A stretch of DNA of 53,645 nt from the IMG/VR virus record IMGVR_UViG_3300048033_000859, positions 1 through 53,645 of that record; one strand, 5' to 3'. Below are positions 8,214 through 18,747 of the stretch, piece by piece. The position numbers were made by a program, and so were the translations under genes. Under the pieces are notes generated by a model. That model did not search any database and had not been told where the DNA came from. It saw only the letters and a list, made by a program, of their open reading frames with translations. Numbering within the stretch: position 1 is the first letter of the stretch; each line of letters starts with the position of its first letter. The DNA comes from a virus. Taxonomy: Duplodnaviria; Caudoviricetes.

Positions 8214-11200
8214 CTACTGCAGGAATGTTTCTGAGAAGGCATCCTTAGTTTGATCCCAGATGTTTCCCATAAAGGTTTTACCGTCACGGGTGTACTGTCT
8301 GACATTGGCTTCAGCTTCTGCCGAGGCAGCAATAATCTCAAAATTCATCTGACGGGCCTCTTCTGCATCCTCTGGGCCAAACATACCTGCGTAGACTAGG
8401 GCGTCTATAGTTGAGGCTACAACCCGCGAAGTGATTGATGGGTTAAATTCTTCCTTGAGAATTATCTCAGTCAACCTCTTAGCAGTTTGCGGGTTAGACA
8501 AGATATCATCCGACATTTGATCCCACGCTGACGCATTAAATTTTTTGTTTATTACTGCAGTACCTGCCCTACGAAGCCTTGCACCAGTACGGTTTAAGTT
8601 ACCGTACACAAAGGTGATAATGTTACCTAGTTGCTCTAGTTGCTGCGCCTTAGTACGGGCTGTGACACTATTTCCACGGTCAGGACGGGCTACTCTGAAC
8701 CCCTGCTCCTGGGCCGCTTTGTTGTACAGATTGATAATCAAATCTGCCGCATCTGGGCGATCCGCAAAGACAATCTTTAGACCATCAATCCACTTACCAG
8801 TTTCCGTACCAAGCTCTTTGGAGATTTGCGCTTGGCTTAGTCCACCAGACTTAGTTGCACCATCTGAAGTGGTCTTTAGAGCAGCACCAAATCTTTTCAT
8901 GTAGGCAGCTTGAAGACCCTCTAAAAGTAAGGGTCTGCCGTTTTCGGCCTCTTCCATGAATTGTTTCGTAAGCGTGTTTAAACGCCCTACGTTTCTTCGC
9001 CCACCTGTCACATAATTGTTAATCAGACCATCAAAAGCATCCATCCCAACTTTCACTGGAATACCTTGGCTAGTAAAGAAATCCTGAATCTCGCTTTCGC
9101 GCAATCTTTCAAGGGTCTTAGTATTGTTGGTCTGAGCCCGATCTAGAGCTTTTAACAAGTCATCTTTGTTGTATGCACCGTTGTATATACTGGTTCCCAA
9201 TTGATCTAGTTCATCTGCCAGTTGGGGGTTAGACTTGCGTAGTACTGTTTCGTACACAGCAAGGTTGTTTAAGGCGTCCATTATCTCTGCCTGTTTAGGG
9301 GCCGCACCCCCTGCCCGTAAGCGGGACATAATTGGCCCAAGGCTCTCAAACAAGACAAAGTCTACTAGTTCGTCAGTACCACCCGCCTCTGGCCTCTGTA
9401 GTAAGGTGACGATAGCTGTGGCATTAGACCTAGTCCTACGACTAAGGTTGTCCGTAATTGTTGAACGGGCTACATCCTGAAATGATGTGTTACGGGACAC
9501 GCCTGTTAGACCGCCACTTGTAGGGTCAATCTTCTCATCATACAACTTAGCGACCTGCCCTAGAGCAGTATCCTGATCTTTAAAATATGGGATGAAGTTG
9601 GCTTGGTCCCAATCAATGGCTCTCGACACGTTCTCTAGTAGTTCTACGTCCCCAGTACTATCTAGCAGTTCACCATCGATGTACTTGATCAGATCGTTTA
9701 TTGAGCGTCCCGCTGACTTTTGTGCATTACCACCTGAGTCAAACAGATCAGATTTTGTACGGGCTAGGTCTGCGCGTAGGTTCTGAAACAGAGAGCCGTA
9801 ATCCACGATGTCAGCATCAGCTAGGGCTCCCTGAAATTCTAAGAATATCTCATCATCAGACATCTCAACAGATTGCTTGCCAGCGGGTACAGGATCAAAA
9901 TTATCTAGGCCACTTACAGTGTCCGTTGAAACTGTCCTGTTTCTACTGGATACGGACTCTAGTAGTTTCTTGAGCCGTGGAGCATAGCCTAACGTGGTTG
10001 CTGCCTCAGATAAATCTGCAGGGTCCATCTCTTTTAGGAATTCAAACAGTCCACGATCATCTAGAGCCCCGCCGTTTACTTTTCCGTACTGCGCGACACG
10101 CTGGCCCTTTAGGTTCCTGTAGGCTGCACTCACGCGGGTAACTACCGTGTCTATGGCGTTGTCAGCATTTCTGTTTAAGTTTATTCCTGTAAGCTGGCTT
10201 AGTCGATTTAAGGTAGCGGATATAGTTCCCCCCGTGTTAATCTCCTCAGTCAGCCGATCATCTAGAGTGTCCAGTGCAGACTCTAATTCTTGTATTTCAG
10301 AACTTGTTCTGCCCACAGTTGCAGCATCTTCCGATCCATCTTGGACCATTTTGGCAGAACGATTGACCGCTGCCATACCACCTAGGTTAGTGTCTGCCGT
10401 TTTCACTGCGTCTGAGAAAGTTTCCTGTGCCGCTTCTGCTTTAATTGCAGTGTTGGTCATTGCAGGGTTATTGATTGCGCCCTGTTGAATTCCCTGCGCT
10501 CTATTCATAACCTGATTGGGGTTCTGCAAGCGATAGGCTATCTGCCCCGCCTGTCCATAGTCACCCGATTCAACCGCCATTAAGAATGCATTCATCGTAC
10601 TCCTGTTAGTTTCTGCGCCTTGGAGTACACTGTCATTTATCGTATTAATTTCTACTGCGTACTTATCCAGAGAGGCTGCAAAAGCTTCCATGAATTGTTT
10701 TCTTTGTTCGGGGGAATTCGCACCCTCTGCGCGGATTAGCTTTTGTAATATGTCGCCCATCGCAGCTTTTTCTTGAGCAGACTTTTTGAATGACCCAAAT
10801 AGTCCACCAATGGTAAATGCGTTAAGGGCTCTGACGCCAGAAATGGCACCCTGAATCGTTGAACTAAACAGTTTACTAATAGCGGCACCTTCGATAATCA
10901 TATTTCTACGATTTTCTAGGCGTTGTTTCCATTCTGCATCTGTGGCGTTGGGGTCTAGCCCCTCAAGAATGGGCATGTAATCTGAAGCTTTAACGAAGGC
11001 ATCTTCACCCAAGAAAAGACCACTAGATTCTCCATCAATAGGCGCTGTAAAGGCTATCGCCTCACCAGTAGCGCCCATAAGACCTCCAACAGCTTTACGG
11101 AGTTTTCCTACTTCCTTTGTAGATTTAAATAGCCCACCGAGCCATTTAGCACCCTTCACAATAGGTCCACCTACACCAATTACCCCAGAGGCTTCTCCTC

Positions 11201-12170
11201 CAAGACCACGCAAGCCCTGACCCTCTTCGCTATATTCAGAGGTGTTGTCTCTTATAAACTGTCCCCAGCTTTCTTCGTCATTGATACCATCATCGCTAAT
11301 TTTATCACGAATGAAATCACCGATATCTGCTACAAATTCTACCGTACTTTTAAAGCCATCTTCTACACCCTCAACCGCCCAACTATCCATGATGTATGGC
11401 GTATTCGACATCTTATCCCACATGATTTTAGGGACACGGTATTGGTCACCTTTTGCATCTGTATATATATGTCTACCGTCCCACCGTTGCTCAGTCCTAG
11501 GGTGATTAATGTACTCGTTCAGGGTGTTAACTACGATATCATAGTTTTGGTCTGGGCTTGTGATGTTATCCATCAGGGAGTCAAACATCCCAGATGAAGG
11601 CGCAGGTAAGTCCTTGGCGTTAGCTGTGGCAGTAGCGACAGAAACACTAGGTTCAGGCTCTGCAGGGGGAATATTCACTGGGGCCTGTGAAGCTACCTCG
11701 CTGTCTGGTTCAGAAACAAGAGCAGTGGGGCTATCTACGGTTGGTACTGTAGGCTGTACTGGAGCGACAGTATTCTCTTTAGCTTGTGGTTCAGGCCCTA
11801 GAACCTCCTCTGTAGGTGCAGAGAACCCGCTCTTAGTATCCGCTAGGGATGGATTAGACATGGCCTCTGGGGACATAGTAGATGGCTGTGCATCAGGTTG
11901 TGTAGCTACGGGGTAAGGTTCTGGGGTTGAATCCGCTCCACTGTAAGGGTTCTCATTATTGAAGAAATAAGAAGTCCTATTATTCTCAAAAAAGCTATCC
12001 TTTGCTTGGGGCGCAGGATTTGGAGCGTTTGCGTTGGGGTCTTCCGCTGCAGGGTTTGTCTTAGCCATAATACTAAGAAAACGGCGCATCTCTTCAGGAG
12101 AGGCTGAGTCACCCTCAATGCCAAATGTCTGAGGTGTACCATCGGGTGCTTGTAGTGTAATATTTCCCAT
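8214..12170 (-). CDS. Large internal virion (ejection) protein
   Basis: 1318 aa, last gene of the structural operon, Pro/Ala-rich N-terminal linker, no Cys. Positional inference. Confidence 0.6.
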   Translation of the reverse strand: MGNITLQAPDGTPQTFGIEGDSASPEEMRRFLSIMAKTNPAAEDPNANAPNPAPQAKDSFFENNRTSYFFNNENPYSGADSTPEPYPVATQPDAQPSTMSPEAMSNPSLADTKSGFSAPTEEVLGPEPQAKENTVAPVQPTVPTVDSPTALVSEPDSEVASQAPVNIPPAEPEPSVSVATATANAKDLPAPSSGMFDSLMDNITSPDQNYDIVVNTLNEYINHPRTEQRWDGRHIYTDAKGDQYRVPKIMWDKMSNTPYIMDSWAVEGVEDGFKSTVEFVADIGDFIRDKISDDGINDEESWGQFIRDNTSEYSEEGQGLRGLGGEASGVIGVGGPIVKGAKWLGGLFKSTKEVGKLRKAVGGLMGATGEAIAFTAPIDGESSGLFLGEDAFVKASDYMPILEGLDPNATDAEWKQRLENRRNMIIEGAAISKLFSSTIQGAISGVRALNAFTIGGLFGSFKKSAQEKAAMGDILQKLIRAEGANSPEQRKQFMEAFAASLDKYAVEINTINDSVLQGAETNRSTMNAFLMAVESGDYGQAGQIAYRLQNPNQVMNRAQGIQQGAINNPAMTNTAIKAEAAQETFSDAVKTADTNLGGMAAVNRSAKMVQDGSEDAATVGRTSSEIQELESALDTLDDRLTEEINTGGTISATLNRLSQLTGINLNRNADNAIDTVVTRVSAAYRNLKGQRVAQYGKVNGGALDDRGLFEFLKEMDPADLSEAATTLGYAPRLKKLLESVSSRNRTVSTDTVSGLDNFDPVPAGKQSVEMSDDEIFLEFQGALADADIVDYGSLFQNLRADLARTKSDLFDSGGNAQKSAGRSINDLIKYIDGELLDSTGDVELLENVSRAIDWDQANFIPYFKDQDTALGQVAKLYDEKIDPTSGGLTGVSRNTSFQDVARSTITDNLSRRTRSNATAIVTLLQRPEAGGTDELVDFVLFESLGPIMSRLRAGGAAPKQAEIMDALNNLAVYETVLRKSNPQLADELDQLGTSIYNGAYNKDDLLKALDRAQTNNTKTLERLRESEIQDFFTSQGIPVKVGMDAFDGLINNYVTGGRRNVGRLNTLTKQFMEEAENGRPLLLEGLQAAYMKRFGAALKTTSDGATKSGGLSQAQISKELGTETGKWIDGLKIVFADRPDAADLIINLYNKAAQEQGFRVARPDRGNSVTARTKAQQLEQLGNIITFVYGNLNRTGARLRRAGTAVINKKFNASAWDQMSDDILSNPQTAKRLTEIILKEEFNPSITSRVVASTIDALVYAGMFGPEDAEEARQMNFEIIAASAEAEANVRQYTRDGKTFMGNIWDQTKDAFSETFLQ

Positions 12171-12184
12171 CTGTGCCTCTACTG

Positions 12185-15127
12185 TTATGGCGTCAAGAAT
12201 TGTTTTACAGGCGAACCTTCAAAGTCGTAGACGATGAAACCCTCTCCGACTTCTAGTATATTACCTAGACCCATGTAGTTTTCCCCTACAGTGAACTTTG
12301 GAGTGGTGGAGGTGCCTTCAGGAGCAACCACTGTAGGGCTACTAGCGGCGTCCACAGTTCCAGAACCTGTGAAGAATTCGTACCCACGTTTTTGATTAGC
12401 ATTGAAGGTGTTTTCATACAGGTCCTTGAGGGGAATAAAGCCACTTTTCTGCCCAAAGAATGAGCCTTCACCGAGGCCCGAGGACGCTTCCCAATCTACG
12501 ATCTTTGAATTGTTCTGCAGTTGGAACAACTGAGTATCAAATCCAGCAATCTTACCGTTAAAGTAGTCGTACAAGTTTTCTACAACGACCCTTGGATCAG
12601 AGCTTGTCATAGATACTTTTAGGCGATCAAAGTCCTTGTTGGACATCGCTGTACCCGACTGACCCTCAAGTGAACCCACACGATAGATCAAGAGCAACTG
12701 ACGGGCCTGTAGAAGCTTAAACTCAGTAAGCTGATCTGATACTCCAGAGGCTTCTAGTTCCCGAATAGCAGCGTCAATACTATTCAACTTGCGCTCAATT
12801 GCAGGGTTACCGTTTAGTTCTACTACCGCATCAGGGCCTTTAGTGGAAAAAATATCCTCAGTAAGCTGTAGTACCGCACTAATTTCGTTGCCGAGGCGTT
12901 TCGCACCAGAAGCAAGCGCAAATGTAGTCGGAGCTTTAATAACCTGATTAAGGTTAACGTCCCTTGCTACATCAATGATCTGTATGGCAAGGCCCATAGA
13001 GTCTTGGAGTGCTAGCCCAGCTTTATTGTACGCACGTTCATCGGTTGTAATGGTAGACAGAATTGCGCTTCGATCTTTAATCATCTCTTCAGTTAGAGGT
13101 AGAATAGACGTAGGATCGATAACGTCCCCTGTGATAGCATTCGTAAATACCTTATCTCCAGTTGTATTCATACCAGTTTCAGCGTTTACTTTCTCAAAGC
13201 CTGTCGGGGTGCCATCAGTATCAAAAGTCTTGACGTAGAATACCTCTGAGCCTGAAGCGGCGCTTGTTGCGTTGTTTATCACCTTCTCGTTTCTAATGGC
13301 GTTCTGTATTTGAACCGTCAATTTTGCATATTCGTCCGAGTCGGGAGCATACTGTTCTCGCTGGTCTAGAAGATAGCCTAGTTTCTTCACAGGGTCAGAA
13401 TCTGGATTATTCAGAATTTCGTTCTTTATAATAATTGGTAAGTCGTTTTGACTATATGCCTTGAAGGCATCTTGTGCGGCTGTGTCAGTAGTGCCGTTTT
13501 GCTTATTAAGTTGTATTTCTCTATCTGCCGCTAATTGAAGTTTAGTAAGTTCGTTCACAACTGGATTTTCCGAGTACTCCTTACCTCTGGCTTCGTTAGC
13601 AGCTTGAAGACTTTGGACAGTATTCCAGTACTGTGCAGGAATATTTGCCTTACGCTCCTCTTCCGACATGGTATTGATAATATCATAAGCATCCTGAACT
13701 TTATCTGGATTACCAACAATATCAGTGAGATTTCTCTCTAGCCCAAACTGGCTAAGAGCGTTTATTTTTACTCCGAGGGCATTGAACCCTGCTTGCCATT
13801 CAGCTTTGGGATTAATCACTCCTGATGTAATCAAAGCGTTAACGTTTTCCCACCCACTAGCGTCTTTAATATCAAACAAGCTGGGCAAGTCCTGCCGCAT
13901 AGTGTTCTGATCAATAGTTAGAGGACTAACACTAGAGATTGGTTTAAATGTTTTAGTACCATTCTGGAATTCTTGATACAGGGCTAACTCGCCACTCTCT
14001 TCAAGATATGAGCGGAACCTGCGTTGGGCCGTAGTGATGTAGTAGTTATCATCTTGACCAAATAGCCAGTTAGTTCCCTCTGACATTTTCTGACCTAGGC
14101 CTACCTCATCGGCATCGCCAGTGAAGCTAGGCAAACCAGACGCGGAGAACCGTGTTCCTGTACGGGCTGTTGGTGATCCACTTGGGTTAGAGTTACGGGC
14201 TGTTCCGCTATAACCTTCTTCGCGGGTTCCCTTGGCTTCGGCATGCCATGCCTCGTTACCTAGTGGGAAATGAATACCCGTACCTGAAGAGGCCCCGTGT
14301 ACCAATTGGATAATATCTGCAGGGGCTTTATCTAGACGTTGACCATTATAGTACAGGTCCACTGCATTACCGTGCGTATGCCGTGATCCCTTTGCAGAGC
14401 CTACCCACTTACCAGCCTCTTTGGATATCTCCGCTGCGCTCCAATCTGGATGTAGTGCTTTAAGTTGACTTTCTTTGTCTGCTCTAAGGGTAGCTTGCAA
14501 CTCAGATGAACGATACCCAGAACCTATTGTCACTTTAGTCCGAATGTCTTCTGGGAGAGCATTGTAGAATGAGTTTAACTGTCCTGTGAAGTCTTCTGTA
14601 AGGCCTGTTAGAGCATCGGGCCGTGCGCCCCCAGTGTTTTCCTGTCCAGCAAAAAACAAAGAAACCGTTTCACGTTCTGCTGCGTTAGGAGCATCTGTCT
14701 CAACAGGAGGTTTGTTAGCGGCTAGGCTATCAATATTCTTGCGAGTACTTTCGTTTAGTTGACTGCGAGTACGCAGCGCCCCATTCCAGACCTGATCACC
14801 AACTTGCGTAAGGGTTTTATCAACATCTCCACGAAGAAGAAGATCAGAAAGAACGTGAGCTTGAAAGTCTTCGCGGGTGTACCCGTTGTTATCAGTGTAT
14901 AGTTGATTTGTAATGGCCTCTGCCTGTCGGATTGTTGCGGCATTTGCTGTTTTGCTAGTTGTCCAATCGTCTTTAAGCTTCGCCCACTGGCCTCTCCAAG
15001 TGTTAAACTGATTTTCCTCTTTTTCACCAAACTTATTGACAGAAGCGGTAATATACGGAGTAACCGTGTTAGCAAAAGAGGTAGCAAATGCCTCACCTGG
15101 ACTTGGTACTGAATATCTGTCTGCCAT
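12185..15127 (-). CDS. Internal virion protein with M15 (VanY-like) peptidoglycan peptidase domain
   Basis: SGYRS...S.H..G.AVD...EAWH zinc-peptidase motifs around aa 200-296. Confidence 0.78.
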   Translation of the reverse strand: MADRYSVPSPGEAFATSFANTVTPYITASVNKFGEKEENQFNTWRGQWAKLKDDWTTSKTANAATIRQAEAITNQLYTDNNGYTREDFQAHVLSDLLLRGDVDKTLTQVGDQVWNGALRTRSQLNESTRKNIDSLAANKPPVETDAPNAAERETVSLFFAGQENTGGARPDALTGLTEDFTGQLNSFYNALPEDIRTKVTIGSGYRSSELQATLRADKESQLKALHPDWSAAEISKEAGKWVGSAKGSRHTHGNAVDLYYNGQRLDKAPADIIQLVHGASSGTGIHFPLGNEAWHAEAKGTREEGYSGTARNSNPSGSPTARTGTRFSASGLPSFTGDADEVGLGQKMSEGTNWLFGQDDNYYITTAQRRFRSYLEESGELALYQEFQNGTKTFKPISSVSPLTIDQNTMRQDLPSLFDIKDASGWENVNALITSGVINPKAEWQAGFNALGVKINALSQFGLERNLTDIVGNPDKVQDAYDIINTMSEEERKANIPAQYWNTVQSLQAANEARGKEYSENPVVNELTKLQLAADREIQLNKQNGTTDTAAQDAFKAYSQNDLPIIIKNEILNNPDSDPVKKLGYLLDQREQYAPDSDEYAKLTVQIQNAIRNEKVINNATSAASGSEVFYVKTFDTDGTPTGFEKVNAETGMNTTGDKVFTNAITGDVIDPTSILPLTEEMIKDRSAILSTITTDERAYNKAGLALQDSMGLAIQIIDVARDVNLNQVIKAPTTFALASGAKRLGNEISAVLQLTEDIFSTKGPDAVVELNGNPAIERKLNSIDAAIRELEASGVSDQLTEFKLLQARQLLLIYRVGSLEGQSGTAMSNKDFDRLKVSMTSSDPRVVVENLYDYFNGKIAGFDTQLFQLQNNSKIVDWEASSGLGEGSFFGQKSGFIPLKDLYENTFNANQKRGYEFFTGSGTVDAASSPTVVAPEGTSTTPKFTVGENYMGLGNILEVGEGFIVYDFEGSPVKQFLTP

Positions 15128-15128
15128 T

Positions 15129-15716
15129 TTATACCTCTATATTTTCGTTAGAAGCATCGCCAAGCATAGTTGCCTGTTCTTGGTCAGATGCAGGTCCTGT
15201 GGGGGACATCATAAATCCAGTTTGTGCAGGTAGCTCTGAGTCACTAGAAACGCTTTGTGCAGCTAGTTCATCCTGCTCTCCAGTTGGACGTAGAGGCTCC
15301 TTTAGGGGGCCTAGTACGTCACCTCCAGATAGGGTACGAACAATGTCAGGGGTCATTGAGAAGTTTTCATCCTCAAGCCCCATCTCAACGGAGATTCCCG
15401 CATCTTTAGCTAAAATGTCTAAAAATCGAGCGTAGGGTCCAGCGGCTAGGATACCCATATCTAATGAAAACTTTCCCTGAGACATCAGAGCCAAAACTTT
15501 AAAGTCTACGATGGATGATAGAGTCATCTCATTACTGAGCATAGACAGTATTCGGCTCATTTCTTTAGGCTTCATGGAGTCCTTAATAAGAGCTTCTACT
15601 ACCTCATCGTAGTCTTGTACGTCAGGGGGCCGATGCCATGGGTAGTTACGAGTATCTGAGGTGAGGTTTTCCCCCGCAATAGGACCTGAGATGACTTTTT
15701 TCTCTGTGTTAACCAT
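15129..15716 (-). CDS. Putative virion-associated protein
   Basis: 195 aa, GPIAGENLT...YPWHRPP N-terminus, coupled within the structural operon. Confidence 0.6.
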   Translation of the reverse strand: MVNTEKKVISGPIAGENLTSDTRNYPWHRPPDVQDYDEVVEALIKDSMKPKEMSRILSMLSNEMTLSSIVDFKVLALMSQGKFSLDMGILAAGPYARFLDILAKDAGISVEMGLEDENFSMTPDIVRTLSGGDVLGPLKEPLRPTGEQDELAAQSVSSDSELPAQTGFMMSPTGPASDQEQATMLGDASNENIEV

Positions 15717-15898
15717 TATTCGTCAGCCTCATCTACTGCATCATCTACGGAGTCCCCGTCTGCGATACTTTTTTCAAACTTATTGAACCACTCAGGGGTA
15801 TATTTGATACCCCCTTCGCTGGCCTCATTCAAAGATTCAGGGATATTTCCCTCATAGAAATTTTGGATAGATTTCTGAATTGCTTGCTCAAATTTCAT
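15716..15898 (-). CDS. Small acidic hypothetical protein
   Basis: 60 aa, overlaps both neighbours in operon fashion. Confidence 0.65.
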   Translation of the reverse strand: MKFEQAIQKSIQNFYEGNIPESLNEASEGGIKYTPEWFNKFEKSIADGDSVDDAVDEADE

Positions 15899-16604
15899 TA
15901 GTAACCCCGTGTACAGCGTCTTTGATTAAGGACCATCTCCGATCAACTTCTGCATGCTGTTCTGGATGGTGTGTTTTTATGTATTCAGTACGAGTTTTAT
16001 ATTGTGGGTATCCCGTACAGTTGCGACAATCTATGGAGGTATCATCAGTGTAAAATCTGGGATCAGTTAGGCCTACATGATCCTTTAAGTAGGCCCGTAC
16101 TTGATCGTCTGTCCAATCGTCTATCGGGTAGAAATACTGAGCCCCCTTTATCCAAGCTCCAGAGGGCCGAGGGTCCTTAGAATGGTCCTGTTTTCTCTGC
16201 CCCGTTAGTACGGCAGTGGCCCCTATTTCCTGTATTAAGACAGGGATCATGTCCCAGATATTAGCCTTGCAACAATCTAAGTAAGAGGAGATCGTTATAG
16301 GAGTCTTGCCGTTAACTTTCTGCCCAAGGGGGGTGTAATCCATTGGGACTACGGGGTAAGGCCAGCCGTTCTCTATCTGCCACTTTTTTGAGTCTGAATA
16401 TACAGTCGTAAAAGACTTAGCTTTTATTGCTGTGGATCGAACAAACTCTTCTATTTCAGGGCAAAAATCATTGGTATGAATCCAGCCTACGTCTAGGCGA
16501 TCCCAATGCTCCTCTAGGTGGTAGAAAGCGGCTACGCTATCTTTACCGCCGTTAAGTAAAAACAGGATTTTTTCGTGGCTATCTAATACATCTTGTATTT
16601 GCAT
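15888..16604 (-). CDS. PAPS reductase-family (PP-loop) protein
   Basis: NGGKDS PP-loop, CC, TGQR..D, YPI.DW....V..YL and C-terminal CRNC. Confidence 0.8.
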   Translation of the reverse strand: MQIQDVLDSHEKILFLLNGGKDSVAAFYHLEEHWDRLDVGWIHTNDFCPEIEEFVRSTAIKAKSFTTVYSDSKKWQIENGWPYPVVPMDYTPLGQKVNGKTPITISSYLDCCKANIWDMIPVLIQEIGATAVLTGQRKQDHSKDPRPSGAWIKGAQYFYPIDDWTDDQVRAYLKDHVGLTDPRFYTDDTSIDCRNCTGYPQYKTRTEYIKTHHPEQHAEVDRRWSLIKDAVHGVTNEI

Positions 16605-16630
16605 ACATACCTCTAGGACCCACCCAGAGA

Positions 16631-18310
16631 TTACATAATTACTGCACCAATTACTGCGCCAGCAATGGAACCAGCGGCACTTGCCCGACCTGCAGATCGT
16701 GTTGCTGCCCCAGTAATGCGAGCTTCTGCCAAACGATACTCGCGGTCTACACCAGTTTCAGAGGACTTCCAAATATAATCTAGAATTGCGTCTGCACGGT
16801 CCCACAGTTGGTTCTGTGCCTCAACAGACATATCAAACATATTCTGTACGTCACGGGATGCTGCCTCAAAGTTCATTCGAGACTCTTCAAGTGTTATCTC
16901 TCTGCGCCAAGTGGTGTTACTGTTGTCAATTGTATACTGCATATCAGCATACCACTTTTCGCGGCTGTCTTCTAGCTCTGCGTTAAATTGATTTGTGGCG
17001 TTAATCTCACCGCTATTGTGTCGCTCCATGGCGTTAAGCTCTGTGGAGTTCTGCATGATAATTTGTGCTGAGATATTGTCGTAGTATTTTTCCATATCCA
17101 TGATGGACTTGGCTGCAAATTGCCGTGCTAAATTTTCTTGCTTGGAGTCCTCTAGAATACTTTGAACGCGGGACTGCATGTCTATCACAGCCATTTGTTG
17201 TTCGCCATCTAGGTTCTTCAGATCAAGGCTCATAAAGTTCTTAGCTGTCTCTACGTTTGCTGTTATCTGAGCACTCTGGTTAGACATCTCAATATTAGAC
17301 AGGACGTTGGCACGGTTGATAGTCATCTCTTGCCTGTTGGACAGATTATCTCGTACCAGTGTTTGAAATAGTGTAGCCTCATCTTGTGCTATAGGTAATG
17401 TAGCTTCCATTATAGCTGTAGACATTACCGCTGTAGCCGCCGTACCCGTTAAGCCACTCAGATTCACACTACGTTTTGTTGATCTTGCAATGCTCTGAGC
17501 CCATGAGGGTATCTTAGGCTGACCATCGGGTCCCACGAAGGACTGCGAGATGATATCCATCTGCCCCATAACAGTTGCTTTACTGTCTAGGTAATTACCT
17601 TCGCCTAGCTCTTGGGCAAGCATCTTACCAGCTACAGTGCTAGTATCAATAATCGTAGAGATGTTCTGAGAGGCAAACTTAGAGGCCGCTTTACCTGTAT
17701 AATTTACCGTCCCATCTGCATTGTAGCCCGTAGCTACACCCTTCATGTCGATTAGAGGGGCTTCTACAACTCCCTCTTCCTTAAACTCACCTTGAGGGGC
17801 TTCACTCTTATCAATAGCCTCGTCAATAGCCTTAGAGCTTGTGGCAGCATCATAGATAGTTGCACCTGGGTTTGATACTACGTTGGGGGATACAGTAGTT
17901 GCCGTTCCAGTGGCTACATCTACATTAAGTCCACCACTACCTGATTCTAGCGCATAATTAGGATTAGAGGCATCCATCATACCTGAACTACCGTCTATTG
18001 TAGTGTCGATGCTGGAGTTAGAAGTTTCAGGAGTTAAAAAACCACTTGGGTTATCTATCAGGTTCTGTGCAGATGCTACGGATGATATGCTCTGTCCTGT
18101 TAGGTCATTAAACTGACTATCGACAGCGTTAATCACGCCTGTAGCTTGGTCAACCCCTGTCTGAGATGTAGCAGTGAGTGGGGAGGGAGCCTCTGTTGTT
18201 ACTACCCCCTCAGATGCCACTACCGCATCGGACGATCCCACTGAAGTACCACCCGTAGCGGGGTTGTTATAAACTACGATACCATTAGATGTAGTAGTGG
18301 TGTTAGCCAT
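16631..18310 (-). CDS. Putative internal virion protein
   Basis: 559 aa; Ser/Thr-rich N-terminus, Gln/Asn-rich coiled coil, small hydrophobic Gly/Ala C-terminus. Confidence 0.55.
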   Translation of the reverse strand: MANTTTTSNGIVVYNNPATGGTSVGSSDAVVASEGVVTTEAPSPLTATSQTGVDQATGVINAVDSQFNDLTGQSISSVASAQNLIDNPSGFLTPETSNSSIDTTIDGSSGMMDASNPNYALESGSGGLNVDVATGTATTVSPNVVSNPGATIYDAATSSKAIDEAIDKSEAPQGEFKEEGVVEAPLIDMKGVATGYNADGTVNYTGKAASKFASQNISTIIDTSTVAGKMLAQELGEGNYLDSKATVMGQMDIISQSFVGPDGQPKIPSWAQSIARSTKRSVNLSGLTGTAATAVMSTAIMEATLPIAQDEATLFQTLVRDNLSNRQEMTINRANVLSNIEMSNQSAQITANVETAKNFMSLDLKNLDGEQQMAVIDMQSRVQSILEDSKQENLARQFAAKSIMDMEKYYDNISAQIIMQNSTELNAMERHNSGEINATNQFNAELEDSREKWYADMQYTIDNSNTTWRREITLEESRMNFEAASRDVQNMFDMSVEAQNQLWDRADAILDYIWKSSETGVDREYRLAEARITGAATRSAGRASAAGSIAGAVIGAVIM

Positions 18311-18560
18311 CCCGTTTTTCCTGTTCTTTATGGCAAGCAGATAATTTGTCTCGTAGTACCATGTAGTCTGTCACAACAGTCTCTATGGCTGATCCCTGAT
18401 TGGGAATTACGTCAATTTCATCGGCTAGCTTATTATTAAACTCTGGAGCGTATTGCCTGATAGGTGGGCAATATATTTCCAGATCAGTTTTATAGACCGT
18501 TGTCCCGCAACCGTTCAGTAAGGCTACGGCGATCCCTAGGAGCATCATTTTCAATTTCAT
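18303..18560 (-). CDS. Outer-membrane spanin (Rz1-like lipoprotein)
   Basis: Signal peptide with lipobox LLNGC; overlaps the 3' end of the upstream gene in another frame. Confidence 0.75.
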   Translation of the reverse strand: MKLKMMLLGIAVALLNGCGTTVYKTDLEIYCPPIRQYAPEFNNKLADEIDVIPNQGSAIETVVTDYMVLRDKLSACHKEQEKRDG

Positions 18561-18747
18561 GGTTGTTTTTATCCATTGAACGGTAAAATTGAGATTTGTC
18601 CTGCTCATTCTCTAGAGCGTCTTTTAGAACTTTAGATTTCTCTAGATTTTTACCGTCTTTGCGCCCAAGAACATACAATACAGGTAGTAGAACAGCTAAC
18701 GCGGCTACGAGGTAAGTCTTGATCTTACCCGTAAGTAGTCCAAACAT
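18490..18747 (-). CDS. Inner-membrane spanin (Rz-like)
   Basis: N-terminal TM helix plus charged helix; lies between endolysin and lipoprotein genes. Confidence 0.7.
   Translation of the reverse strand: MFGLLTGKIKTYLVAALAVLLPVLYVLGRKDGKNLEKSKVLKDALENEQDKSQFYRSMDKNNHEIENDAPRDRRSLTERLRDNGL

Noticed and set aside
15888-16604. Dnd phosphorothioation system
   Set aside because: No dndB/D/E, ssp genes or cysteine desulfurase recognised anywhere in the genome.
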